A stretch of DNA of 63,841 nucleotides, filler included, from a bacterium (GTDB taxonomy: Bacteria; JALSQH01), in assembly GCA_026985515.1 (NCBI GenBank). It is 10 parts of 10 records of this genome, joined end to end, with 100 filler letters (N's around TTAATTAATTAA, not from the genome) between each part and the next. Parts side by side here need not be neighbours in the genome. Positions count along the whole stretch, not along the records: positions 39,600 to 48,103 come from JALSQH010000194.1; positions 48,204 to 50,152 come from JALSQH010000196.1; positions 50,253 to 61,850 come from JALSQH010000197.1; 7 more parts are not named here. One strand, written 5' to 3'. Under the pieces are notes generated by a model. That model was given only the letters and a program-made list of their open reading frames with translations, was not told the DNA's origin and searched no databases. Position 1 is the stretch's first letter; each line of letters opens with the position of its first letter. A program made the position numbers and the translations under genes. Of the stretch, positions 42,463 to 52,645 are shown piece by piece.

Positions 42463-43973
42463 CACTCTACTCTCCATTTTGTCCCTTCAGGGGTATCCTC
42501 AAGTATGATGCCCATTTTTTTCAGATCATCTCTTATTTTATCCGCTTCCTCCCAGTTTCTCTGTTTTCTTGCTTCGCTCCTTTTTTTAACCTGTTCCTCT
42601 ACGAATTCTTTATCAATTCCCTTTTCTTTCAGACGTCTCATATTGACTCTTTCTATGAAATCGGAAGGATTTTCTTCAAGAATTCCAAAAACTTCTCTTA
42701 CCATCTGTAGAAATGAATCTAATTTTTTCACAAGATAAACTGATCCTTTTATCTGAAAAATTGTATGAATTCTAAGCAACTTGTTAAGATCAGAAAAAAA
42801 CTGAAAAAGAGTTGCAGTTGCTTTTGCTGTGTTAAAATTATCAGAAAGGGCATCAAGAAAAGTTTTCTGATAATCATCAATTATTTCAAAAAGTTGTTTT
42901 TGCTTCTTTGATAAATTATTTAAAAATTCTCTTTCTTCTCCATTCTGAGCCAGATCTTTTATCTTTTCGTAAGCTTCAAGTGTTTGATAAAAACTTATCA
43001 GGTTATTCTCAATTGATCTGACAACATCAGGAGTAAAATTGATGGGACTTCTGTAATGAGTTTGAAGTAAAAAGAATCTTATGGCTTCAGGTTCAAAATT
43101 TTTTACCGCATCTTTTACCCTTATGAAATTTTTCAGGCTCTTGGACATCTTTTCCCGGTTTATTTCAACATGCCCATTGTGTAACCAGTAGTTAACAAAT
43201 TTCTTTTTATATGCTGCCTCACTCTGTGCTATTTCATTTTCATGATGGGGAAATACAAGATCTATTCCTCCGCCATGAATATCAAAAGGGATTCCAAGAT
43301 AATGGGTACTCATCGCAGAACACTCAATATGCCATCCAGGTCTTCCCCTTCCCCATGGACTATCCCACCAGGGTTCACCCTCCTTCGCCGCCTTCCACAG
43401 AGCGAAGTCCAGAGGATGTTTCTTGTTTGGGTCAACTTCAACCCTTGCACCAGATTGAAGCTCATCTATATTTCTACCTGATAGCTTTCCATAAGATGGA
43501 AATGAGAGAACATCAAAATACACATTTCCATCAACAACATATCCATGTCCATTTTCCAGTATTTTTTCTATCATCTGGATAATTTGAGTAATATGTTGAG
43601 TTACCCTTGGTTTGTGGGTTGGCTCCTTTACCCTGAGAATATTCATATCTTCTTCATATGATCTGATATACTTTTCTGCAACCTCCGAAGGGTCAATCCC
43701 CTCTTCTCTGGCACGATTGATGATCTTATCATCCACATCAGTGTAGTTTCTAACATATGTAACCTCAAAACCAATGAACTGAAAAAATCGATAGATTACA
43801 TCAAATGCAATGGCTGCTCTTGCATGACCAAGATGAGGATCATCATACACAGTGGGACCACAAACATACATTCCTATTTTTCCCTTCTGAAGAGGAATGA
43901 ATTTCACCTTTTTTTTCTGCATTGTGTCATAAAGAATTATCTTATCCTGATATTCTTTAAAGTTTACTTCCAC
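42462..43973 (-). CDS. cysS: Cysteine--tRNA ligase
   Basis: YVCGPTVY, HLGHAR, GRPGWHIECSAM, FPHHENE, KMSKS. Confidence 0.98.
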   Translation of the reverse strand: MEVNFKEYQDKIILYDTMQKKKVKFIPLQKGKIGMYVCGPTVYDDPHLGHARAAIAFDVIYRFFQFIGFEVTYVRNYTDVDDKIINRAREEGIDPSEVAEKYIRSYEEDMNILRVKEPTHKPRVTQHITQIIQMIEKILENGHGYVVDGNVYFDVLSFPSYGKLSGRNIDELQSGARVEVDPNKKHPLDFALWKAAKEGEPWWDSPWGRGRPGWHIECSAMSTHYLGIPFDIHGGGIDLVFPHHENEIAQSEAAYKKKFVNYWLHNGHVEINREKMSKSLKNFIRVKDAVKNFEPEAIRFFLLQTHYRSPINFTPDVVRSIENNLISFYQTLEAYEKIKDLAQNGEEREFLNNLSKKQKQLFEIIDDYQKTFLDALSDNFNTAKATATLFQFFSDLNKLLRIHTIFQIKGSVYLVKKLDSFLQMVREVFGILEENPSDFIERVNMRRLKEKGIDKEFVEEQVKKRSEARKQRNWEEADKIRDDLKKMGIILEDTPEGTKWRVE

Positions 43974-45375
43974 TCCTTACCTCCTGCCAGAATCTAGTCC
44001 ACCTCTTCCTGATAAGATCTTCTTCCATAAAGGAAATAATTTCCTGAAGCGGTGGTCCATACATCATACCTGTTAAAATACACCTCAAAAAAGAGAATAA
44101 TTTCTTCTTTCCAATTTTTCTAACTTCTGCAACCCTGAGACATTCCTCTAATATATTATTCCCGGGAGCACACTCCTGCAAGGGTAAGGGTTTTTCAATA
44201 AATTTTCTGCATTCCTCCTCGTAGGGGAGATCATCATAGAATATTCTGATAAATTTCTCAAAATCCCTTAAATTCCCAACATTTTCTTTGATGAGATCGA
44301 GCAATTCTAATCTTCTTTTTCTGGGGATTGAGAAAAGAAATTTTTTTGTCCTTTCTGACACTGTATCTTCCACATAATTTTCAAGTTTCTCTGAATCAAG
44401 TATTTTTATGAACTTCTCATTCCATTTTGCAAGTATATTCTCATTCCACTTTAAAAGCGATGTACCCATAGAATGCAGATCAAACTCCTCTGCAAGCTCA
44501 TCAGGGAAGAGCGGTCTGGATGGCTGCTTCTTCCATCCAAGTGTGGCAAGGTAAAAATATATTGCTTCAGGTGTATATCCTTCTTTTTTGAGTGAAGAGA
44601 GCGTCAGACTCTTTTCTCTTTTGCTCAATTTTTTACCTTCATGGTCAAGCAGAAGAGGTACGTGAATAAACTGTGGAGGATTCAAACCCAGAGCCTCATA
44701 AATTGCCACCTGTTTGGCTGTGTTGGAGAGATGATCTTCTCCACGGATTATATGGGTAATCTGCATGGTGGCGTCATCAATAACAGTGGTAAAATTGTAC
44801 ATAAAAGACCCGTTACTCCTCCTCACAACAAAATCGCCCCCGAGATCAACAGGTCTGAATGCAACTTCTCCTCTGAAAAAATCTCTGACAACTATCTCTT
44901 TCCTGTCAAGAATTCTGAAACGCCATACCGGTGTTCTAGTGTGCGAAAGTCTCTCAACTTCTTCTGCTAATAAATTGAAGCATCTTCCATCGTAGTGTGG
45001 CGGCTCCTTTCTCAGCCTCTGAACTATTTTCATCTCTTCAATGGTTTTATCATCGCAGAAACATGGATATACAAGCTTTTTCCTTTTCAACTCCTCAAAG
45101 AAACTCTCATAAATCCCAATCCTTTCCGATTGACGGTAGGGACCAAATTCCCCTCCTCTATCGGGACCTTCGTCCCAGTCTATACCGGTCCATTTGAGCT
45201 GTTCAAAAATTCTTGTTTCCCCATCTGGTAAGTTTCTTTCAATATCAGTATCATCAATCCTGAGTACAAATCTTCCCTTATTCTTTTTTGCAAAAAGGTG
45301 GTTAAGGATTGCAATTCTCAAATTACCCACATGGAGATCCCCTGTGGGGGAAGGTGCAAATCTGACCCTTATCAT
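43957..45375 (-). CDS. gltX: Glutamate--tRNA ligase
   Basis: RFAPSPTG.LHVGN, LRIDDTD, IRGEDH, KLSKR. Confidence 0.95.
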   Translation of the reverse strand: MIRVRFAPSPTGDLHVGNLRIAILNHLFAKKNKGRFVLRIDDTDIERNLPDGETRIFEQLKWTGIDWDEGPDRGGEFGPYRQSERIGIYESFFEELKRKKLVYPCFCDDKTIEEMKIVQRLRKEPPHYDGRCFNLLAEEVERLSHTRTPVWRFRILDRKEIVVRDFFRGEVAFRPVDLGGDFVVRRSNGSFMYNFTTVIDDATMQITHIIRGEDHLSNTAKQVAIYEALGLNPPQFIHVPLLLDHEGKKLSKREKSLTLSSLKKEGYTPEAIYFYLATLGWKKQPSRPLFPDELAEEFDLHSMGTSLLKWNENILAKWNEKFIKILDSEKLENYVEDTVSERTKKFLFSIPRKRRLELLDLIKENVGNLRDFEKFIRIFYDDLPYEEECRKFIEKPLPLQECAPGNNILEECLRVAEVRKIGKKKLFSFLRCILTGMMYGPPLQEIISFMEEDLIRKRWTRFWQEVRSGSKL

Positions 45376-46265
45376 GCAAATACCTCAAGAACCTTGCGCA
45401 CTCTTGATTTCAGGTTTATGAGATAGGGTGTCTCTGGTTGAGATATGGTGCCCTTTTTATAATCTTCATTGAAGATTCTCTCAACTACCTTTTCAACAGA
45501 ACCTGACTCCCGGTAGTACTGTAAGATTCTTTCTTTGCATTCTTCAGTGGCTTTTATTGATTTTTCGATATATGTTCTGGCATCTTCACCATAGATTATA
45601 CCTCCATGCGCCAGCCCAATAATTTCAACTTCGAGGGAAAGCATCTTCTTGAGTGAGTTAAGATAATTTTCATAACTTGAGGTAAACTCTGGATGTATCC
45701 TGCCTGAAATATCAGGAACACCCCCTGCCTCACCAAAAAATAGGGCTTTAATTTCCGGCACATAAAAACTCAAAGAATCCTTTGTATGCCCGGGTGTCTC
45801 TAATACTTTCACTGAAATAGTGCCAAGACTTATAAGGTCACCTTCCTTCAAATAGAAATCAATCTCAAATGGTTCGAACCTGTATTCTGCTGGATCGAAT
45901 GTTTGAGAAGCCCCGAAAAATTTTTCATCTTTTTCGTTCAACTCAACAATCAACTTTACTGCATTTTCTCGTTTCAAAATTTCACCCACTCTCGGATGCG
46001 CAGCCACTTTAATTTCAGGAAATCTTCTCTTCAGAGCAGGGATACCACCAAGATGGTCGTAGTGAGAATGGGTAAGGAGAACCCTTTCTGGAATCTTCAG
46101 GCCAAACTCTTTTATTTGATTTGCAACAATCAATCCCGTGAAGGTAACCCCGCTGTCAATCAGTATACTTAACTCACCTCCATTCAAATAATAAATGGGC
46201 ATAAAAGGGTTACCTAACAGGTACAAAAAATCATTAAATTTTCCAATTTCGGTAAATCTCTTCAT
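45372..46265 (-). CDS. MBL-fold metallohydrolase
   Basis: THSHYDHLGG, TPGHT, LAHG. Confidence 0.9.
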   Translation of the reverse strand: MKRFTEIGKFNDFLYLLGNPFMPIYYLNGGELSILIDSGVTFTGLIVANQIKEFGLKIPERVLLTHSHYDHLGGIPALKRRFPEIKVAAHPRVGEILKRENAVKLIVELNEKDEKFFGASQTFDPAEYRFEPFEIDFYLKEGDLISLGTISVKVLETPGHTKDSLSFYVPEIKALFFGEAGGVPDISGRIHPEFTSSYENYLNSLKKMLSLEVEIIGLAHGGIIYGEDARTYIEKSIKATEECKERILQYYRESGSVEKVVERIFNEDYKKGTISQPETPYLINLKSRVRKVLEVFA

Positions 46266-46342
46266 AAAATATTTTCTTGCAAGGCCTTTCTATAAACTTT
46301 ATAATATAGCAAAATACAAAAACTTCAAGAAAGGTGGGCAAA

Positions 46343-48103
46343 ATGGCAGGTTCTGTAAAATCTTCCATCATAGACAACTTCTTCTACCCTGAAAGGATAG
46401 CAGTAATTGGAGCTTCAGCAGAGCCGGGAAAAGTGGGAAATGATATTTTAAAGAATCTGATTGAAGGAGGTTTTGAAGGAGAAATTTACCCTGTGAATCC
46501 CAAAAGGGATGAAATCCTGGGTTTAAAAGTTTACCATTCCATTGAAGAAATACCATCAAACATTGATCTCTCCATTTTCGTGGTTCCACCAAAAGTTGTT
46601 CTTGCGGGTCTGGAGCAGGTTGCAGCAAAGAATAACAGAGCAGTTATAGTTATTTCAGCAGGGTTCAAGGAAGTTGGTGGCGAAGGTGCAAAACTTGAAG
46701 AGGAACTGGTTAAAAAGGCAAAAGAATATAACATGAAACTTCTTGGTCCCAACTGTCTCGGAATAATTTCCCCCCCATCAAAGATTAATGCTTCCTTTGC
46801 CGCTGAAATGCCTTTACCCGGGAATATCTCCTTTATTTCTCAATCAGGGGCACTTCTCACCGCTGTCCTTGACTGGTCAATGGAAGAGGGTATCGGTTTT
46901 GCAAAGATAATAAGCCTCGGGAACAAAGCAGTACTCGATGAAAGTGACTTTCTAGAATATCTTGCAGACGATCCTGAAACTGAAGTGATACTTGGATATA
47001 TTGAGGGTGTGAAAGATGGTCAGAGGTTCATAAGAATAGCACAGCAGGTAACCAGAAAGAAGCCTGTACTCCTGATTAAAGCTGGAAGCACCTCTGCCGG
47101 AGCAAGGGCTGCCTCATCTCATACAGGAACCCTTGCAGGATCAGATAGAGCCTATGATACCGCTTTCAAGCAGACGGGAATAATAAGAATCCACAATGTG
47201 GCTGACCTCTTTGACCTTGCAAAGGGATTTGCTCACAAGAAAATTCCTCGCGGAAACAAACTTGCAGTAATAACAAACGCAGGTGGTCCAGGAATTCTCT
47301 CTGCTGATGCAAGTGAAAAAAATGGGATCCAGTTGCCTCCTCCGAAACCTGAAATTATTGAAGAATTAAAATCAGCTCTTCCGCCAACTGCAGCTCTATT
47401 CAATCCAATTGATATTATTGGTGATGCGAAGGAGGATAGATACAGAGCAGCCCTTAACATATTGAAGAAAGATAGAAGTTTCGATGGATATCTTGTTATT
47501 TTAACCCCACAGTCCATGACTGATCCGGAAAAGGTAGCAGAAGAAGTCGTCAAATTTTCCAGAAAGTGTCACAGACCTCTTTTTACTTCATTTATGGGGG
47601 GATTGCTGGTAAAAAAGGGAAGAGACCTGCTTTCTAAGAACAATATCCCAAACTTTTCCTTCCCTGACGAAGCAGTAAAGTCCTTTGCCGCACTTGTGGA
47701 ATATCAGGAATTCCTGAAAAAGCCGGAGCCAAAATACAAAGAATTCAACGATGTTGATAGGGAAAAAGTAAAGAAGATTGTAAAAGATGCAATGTCAAAG
47801 GGCATTTTCAATCTCAGTGAAGTCATGGCTAAGGAAATTTTTAAGGCATACGGTTTTTCTTTCCCCGAATCTCACCTTGCCAGATCAATTGATGAAGCAG
47901 TGGAAATTGCGGACAAACTCAAGTTTCCTCTTGCAATGAAAATTTCATCACCGGACATTCTTCATAAAAGTGATATTGGAGGTGTTATTGTAAACATAAA
48001 AAATCTTGAAGAAGTGGTAAGAGCCTTCATGACCATAACAACAAATGTTAGGAGAAAGGCTCCAAAAGCAGCAATTCTGGGCGTAGATATTCAGGAGATG
48101 GTA
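46343..48103 (+). CDS. Acetate/acyl-CoA ligase (ADP-forming), fused alpha-beta, 3'-truncated
   Basis: IAVIGAS, GPNCLG, SQSGA, SHTG phospho-His, NAGGPG, HKSDIGGV; TTGCAA-17-TATAAT upstream (46277-46305). Confidence 0.93.
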
Positions 48104-48205
48104 NNNNNNNNNNNNNNNNNNNNNNNNNNNNNNNNNNNNNNNNNNNNTTAATTAATTAANNNNNNNNNNNNNNNNNNNNNNNNNNNNNNNNNNNNNNNNN
48201 NNNAG

Positions 48206-49633
48206 TTGAGATGTTTGTTGATCTATGATTGTTCCTCCATTTTTGAGGATGACCTGAAGGATAAAAACTTTGAACAGCTTGTCCAGGAGCTCAAAAAAGA
48301 AAGAGAGGCAACTCCAGAAGAATACATACCAGTTATAAAGATTTTGACATTTTTAATTGGTCTTCAGGCGATAAAGGATATTGGAGGGAGCTTATCCCTT
48401 GCCGTTGCCTCCTCATTAACGAAGTTTTTAACAGGAAGTATTCATGGAAGATCTATTGTTGTAAGTTTTGTTGAGGAAATTTTAGCAAGGCCACTCATTC
48501 TTTCAATTCTCTTTTCATTATCAGCTTTTTTAGCCTACATTTTACTTAAAACAAAGGAGAGTTTGAATAAGAGGGATGTATTTATAGCCATTACCCTTGC
48601 ATTTTTGATTTCTTTCGGTATTGCATGTGTTTTGAGTCCTGCTTGTAATGTTGGAATTCTATTGAGGAATAAGACGCTCTGGTTTATTTTTGTTCTGACA
48701 ATTGCAGGATATGTGTCCGAATATAAATACAGAAAAGGTCATTATAAAACTGTTCTGAACATGATGTTAAAAAGAAAAAGGGATAAGGTTCTTGACTTTG
48801 TTATACAAAAATTGGCTGATCTTGCAGTAAGTATACGGGAAAAGCAGATAGAATTGTGGAAGGAAATTCTGGAGATTGTAAATGAAGAGAAGGAAAAACT
48901 TGCAATTGAAGTTAAGCAGGAAATTCCCACTAAAATTTCCCGGATCAGTAAAATTTTGAACAAGCACAAAGATATAGGTCCCCTCGAAATTGACTTCGAG
49001 TCAGAAACCCAAAAATTTTATAATAATTTAAAATCGTTCAACCTTGGAAAGTTGTATGTGATTAAAGAAAGAGTGATAACTGAAATTCCTCCAGAGATTT
49101 TGTCGCCTGTGATACAGGGTGAAGAGAAAAAGACCGGTATAGTCCAGATGATAGGGGACGAGATGAAAGAAATTGAAAATTCAATCAAGTCCGGCCTGGA
49201 AAAATTATCAATAGAGTCTTTTCTTCAAATTGAAGGGAACAGAATAGTAAATCTTAATCAGAGGAAACTTGAGACAGAACCATATCCTTTCTGGTCGGTA
49301 AGTAAGAAGAACAATTTATATTCGAGGGCGTACATTGGAAGACCGGCCTCTCTTAGCGAAAAAGTCCACAATATAATTTACAATTACCTTGTTCTCGACA
49401 TACCCAATAGATTTGATATTCATTATATAAAAGAAAGTAAAGAGACTTTTACTACCCCGACTGAATACAACAGTGATAAAAACACTCTTGCAATAATTTA
49501 TTATAGATACGGTCAGGTGGGGTTTGGAGATTTCTTGTCCCGGAGAATGTGGAAAGAGAAATTCAGCAAATTAGGAATCGAACGTGATGGTAATAAAGAA
49601 AAAATAAATAATAGTAGTGAACAATCTAAATGA
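48206..49633 (+). CDS. Hypothetical membrane protein, probably 5'-truncated, with TM cluster, coiled coil and globular C-terminal domain
   Basis: 475-aa open frame from contig start; 4-5 hydrophobic segments; tail PFW...YIG.P...LAIIYY.YG. Confidence 0.7.
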   Translation: MRCLLIYDCSSIFEDDLKDKNFEQLVQELKKEREATPEEYIPVIKILTFLIGLQAIKDIGGSLSLAVASSLTKFLTGSIHGRSIVVSFVEEILARPLILSILFSLSAFLAYILLKTKESLNKRDVFIAITLAFLISFGIACVLSPACNVGILLRNKTLWFIFVLTIAGYVSEYKYRKGHYKTVLNMMLKRKRDKVLDFVIQKLADLAVSIREKQIELWKEILEIVNEEKEKLAIEVKQEIPTKISRISKILNKHKDIGPLEIDFESETQKFYNNLKSFNLGKLYVIKERVITEIPPEILSPVIQGEEKKTGIVQMIGDEMKEIENSIKSGLEKLSIESFLQIEGNRIVNLNQRKLETEPYPFWSVSKKNNLYSRAYIGRPASLSEKVHNIIYNYLVLDIPNRFDIHYIKESKETFTTPTEYNSDKNTLAIIYYRYGQVGFGDFLSRRMWKEKFSKLGIERDGNKEKINNSSEQSK

Positions 49634-49636
49634 ACA

Positions 49637-50152
49637 ATGGACTTGAATGGTAAATTGGTGAATCCTTATATAGTGGGGGCTAGTGTTGGAGATACAGAAT
49701 TATTTTTCGATAGGAAAAGAATTTTAAAACAAGTTCCAAGCTTACTCGCTAATCGTGACAATAACCTCATCTTTATTAATGGGCCCCGTAGATCAGGGAA
49801 AACTTCTGTATTAAAAAGACTTGAGAAAGAGTTAAGCACGAGGCAGTTTATTCCAATCTACTTTGATCTTCAACCTTATGCAGAAGAACTAATGGGAAGA
49901 CTTCTTTACCTAATTGCGAAAAAAATACTCCAAACATTAAATATTAAAGAACCTTATCCTGAATATAAATTTGATAGTGAAGGTGAATTCTTTATAGAAA
50001 AATTTCTTAAAAATATGCAACAACATTTGAATAAGAGGCGACTCGTCTTCCTGTTTGACGAATTTGATATATTTGACAGACCGGCCAGTTATGGTGAGGA
50101 ATCAGCCGTCAGATTATTTGTTCCTTTCGTAACAAAAATTGTAAATGAGAAA
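49637..50152 (+). CDS. STAND-like/AAA P-loop ATPase, 5' fragment
   Basis: NPYIVG...FFDR, Walker A GPRRSGKTS, IYFDLQ, Walker B FLFDEFD. Confidence 0.85.
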
Positions 50153-50311
50153 NNNNNNNNNNNNNNNNNNNNNNNNNNNNNNNNNNNNNNNNNNNNTTAA
50201 TTAATTAANNNNNNNNNNNNNNNNNNNNNNNNNNNNNNNNNNNNNNNNNNNNTGGATTTTGGATTTAGAAATTTCAGTGCTAAAATTCTTAAAAATCCTT
50301 TTGAGGAGGGG

Positions 50312-52099
50312 ATGATGAAGTACAACAATTTTACAGAAGTTTTTATGGAGAGAGTCAGGAATAAACCTGACAGTGTGGCAATGAGGTATAAGGAGGGAGG
50401 TGTCTGGAAGGATGTTACCTACAGGGAATATTATGAAAAATCCTCCCGAATAGCTGCAGGACTTATCGCTCTCGGAATGGAAAATGGAGACAGAATTAAT
50501 ATCTTTTCCAACACCAGGATGGAATGGGCGCTGATTGATATGGGTGTAATGCTTGCTGGTGGTATTACCGTGGCAATTTATCATTCAAATACCGCTGAGG
50601 AGGCTGAATACATTGTCAACAATTCCGAGGCGACATTCATTTTCTGTGAGAATAATGAGATTCTCCAGAAGGTTCTGTCTGTGAAAGAGAATATTCCCCG
50701 AATTAAGAAGGCTATTCTGATTGAGGGTGATAAACCTGATGATGAGTTTGTGCTGACCCTTGAGGAACTGATGAAAATGGGAGGAGAAAATCTAAATGAA
50801 GAGATGTTTAAGGAGAGGGGGCTGGCAAAAAAACCAGAGGACATAATTACTTTTATTTACACTTCAGGCACTACAGGGGTGCCCAAGGGAGTGGTATTGA
50901 CCCACGCAAATGTTTTTGCAGAAATTGAAGCAATTGAGGATGTTGTGGATGTCAGGGAGGGAGAGGTCTCGGTGATGTTTTTACCCCTTGCCCACGTTTT
51001 TGCAAGGGTTGTTTACTGGTACGGCATATACAGGGGCTACATCAATGCATATGCTGAAAGTATAGAAAAGCTTCTGGAGAATATCCAGGAGATGAAGCCC
51101 CACTTTATGGGAAGTGTTCCAAGAATTTATGAAAAAGTGTATGCCAAGATAACAAGTGATGTGGAGAGAGAGGGTGGATTGAAGAAAAAAATCTTTTACT
51201 GGGCTCTTTCTGTAGGTAGGGAGGTTAGCAGAAGAAAGGAGTTCAAAGAACCAATCCCCTTTTCCCTTAAAATTAAATTTTCCATTGCAAGGGCTCTTGT
51301 CTTCAATAAGCTGAAAGCTGCCTTTGGTGGAAGGTTGAGATTCTTTCTTTCCAGTGGTGCCGCCCTTGCGAAACAGATTGCTCAGTTCTTTCATTCTGCT
51401 GATCTGTTTATTCTGGAAGTATGGGGTATGACTGAATTGACGGGAGCAGCCACTGCCAATACATTTGATGATTTCAGATTTGGTTCTGTGGGGAAACCCC
51501 TGAAGAACATTGAGGTCAAGATTGCCGAGGATGGGGAGCTACTTGTGAGGGGTCCAATAGTGATGAAAGAGTACTATAAGATGCCTGAGGAAACGGAAGA
51601 AACAATAGACAAAGATGGATGGCTTCACTCGGGAGATATTGCCACGATGGATAGAGATGGGTTCATTTACATAACTGACAGAAAAAAGGATCTGATAATT
51701 ACCTCAGGTGGGAAGAATATTGCTCCTCAAAAGATAGAGAATCTTATGAAAGGGGATCGCTACATAAATCAGATAATTGTGGTGGGAGATGGAAGGAAAT
51801 ATTTGACTGCCCTCGTAACGCTGAACTATGAAGAGGTTGAGAAATACGCCAGAGAAAAAGGAATTGAATATAAAGACAGAGACGATCTCGCAAAGAAAAA
51901 AGAGATTTATGATCTTATCATGAGCAGAGTTAATGAGTATAACAAAAAGCTTGCTTCATACGAAACAATAAAGAAGATTGCTATCATACCCGGGGAATTC
52001 ACAAGGGAGAGTGGTGAATTAACTCCAACCCTGAAAGTAAGAAGAAAGATAGTTCATGAGAAGTACAGGGAAATAATAGATTCAATGTATGAGGATTGA
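50312..52099 (+). CDS. fadD: Long-chain fatty acid--CoA ligase
   Basis: YTSGTTGVPKGV, LPLAHVF, WGMTE, GWLHSGD, DRKKDLIITSGGKNIAPQ, LTPTLK. Confidence 0.93.
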   Translation: MMKYNNFTEVFMERVRNKPDSVAMRYKEGGVWKDVTYREYYEKSSRIAAGLIALGMENGDRINIFSNTRMEWALIDMGVMLAGGITVAIYHSNTAEEAEYIVNNSEATFIFCENNEILQKVLSVKENIPRIKKAILIEGDKPDDEFVLTLEELMKMGGENLNEEMFKERGLAKKPEDIITFIYTSGTTGVPKGVVLTHANVFAEIEAIEDVVDVREGEVSVMFLPLAHVFARVVYWYGIYRGYINAYAESIEKLLENIQEMKPHFMGSVPRIYEKVYAKITSDVEREGGLKKKIFYWALSVGREVSRRKEFKEPIPFSLKIKFSIARALVFNKLKAAFGGRLRFFLSSGAALAKQIAQFFHSADLFILEVWGMTELTGAATANTFDDFRFGSVGKPLKNIEVKIAEDGELLVRGPIVMKEYYKMPEETEETIDKDGWLHSGDIATMDRDGFIYITDRKKDLIITSGGKNIAPQKIENLMKGDRYINQIIVVGDGRKYLTALVTLNYEEVEKYAREKGIEYKDRDDLAKKKEIYDLIMSRVNEYNKKLASYETIKKIAIIPGEFTRESGELTPTLKVRRKIVHEKYREIIDSMYED

Positions 52100-52103
52100 A
52101 GGC

Positions 52104-52131
52104 TTGAATAAAGGTGAGATTTTCGTATAAT
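52104..52131 (+). promoter_or_regulatory. sigma70 promoter of the tRNA-Gln/tRNA-Glu pair
   Basis: TTGAAT-16 nt-TATAAT, 12 nt before tRNA-Gln. Confidence 0.7.
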
Positions 52132-52143
52132 TAAAGCAACAAA

Positions 52144-52217
52144 TGAGGGGTCGTCTAACGGCAGGACGCCGGGTTCTGGCCCCGGTAGTGGAGGTTCGAA
52201 TCCTCCCCCCTCAGCCA
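52144..52217 (+). tRNA. tRNA-Gln(CTG)
   Basis: Acceptor TGAGGGG/CCCCTCA, anticodon arm CCGGG-TTCTGGC-CCCGG, TTCGAAT, CCA. Confidence 0.97.
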
Positions 52218-52228
52218 TTATAAAAGGT

Positions 52229-52304
52229 GGCCCCTTCGTCTAGTGGCCTAGGACGCCGGATTCTCAGTCCGGAAACGAGGGTTCGATTCCCTCAGGGGCT
52301 GCCA
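52229..52304 (+). tRNA. tRNA-Glu(CTC)
   Basis: Acceptor GGCCCCT/AGGGGCT, anticodon arm CCGGA-TTCTCAG-TCCGG, TTCGATT, CCA. Confidence 0.97.
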
Positions 52305-52368
52305 TTTTTTTCAAGAATCTCCATTAGGAGGTTTTGGGTAACAAAAATTTATTATTTAAAAATATCGT

Positions 52369-52391
52369 GCCGTCATCCAAAGGATGACGGC
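52369..52391. terminator. Perfect 10-bp hairpin, possible terminator
   Basis: GCCGTCATCC-AAA-GGATGACGGC; no U tract on +, only a displaced T run on -. Confidence 0.4.
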
Positions 52392-52484
52392 GGGTGAGAT
52401 GCTGATTTGTAGGAAAAAAGACAGACAGTGGAGAAACTGATTTATATTTATATTTGAAGATCTTGGATTTTTAGTTTTATTGCG

Positions 52485-52640
52485 ATGGGAAAGAAGAAAG
52501 CTGAAAAGAAAAAGCAGGAAAAGGTAAGATATTACGAGTTGAGGCCTTCCTGGCGGGAGATTTTTGAGGACTGGATAAGATTCTTTATAGCCTATGCAAT
52601 CACAGTTACAATTCTCATAATTCTCATTAAGTACTTCTGA
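52485..52640 (+). CDS. Small basic protein with C-terminal TM helix (51 aa), not in ORF track
   Basis: MGKKKAEKKKQEKVRYYELRPSWREIFEDWIRFFIAYAITVTILIILIKYF; stop lies 5 nt from the convergent gene's stop. Confidence 0.6.
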   Translation: MGKKKAEKKKQEKVRYYELRPSWREIFEDWIRFFIAYAITVTILIILIKYF

Positions 52641-52645
52641 TTTTT

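Noticed and set aside
50276..50284. CIRCE element upstream of fadD (also TTAGCAC near 30567)
   Set aside because: Half-sites only, no partner at 9-nt spacing; both coincide with extended -10 boxes (TGCTAAAAT)
21647..52304. Prophage or genomic island integrated at any of the three tRNAs
   Set aside because: No integrase and no duplicated tRNA 3' end (att site) seen within the respective contigs
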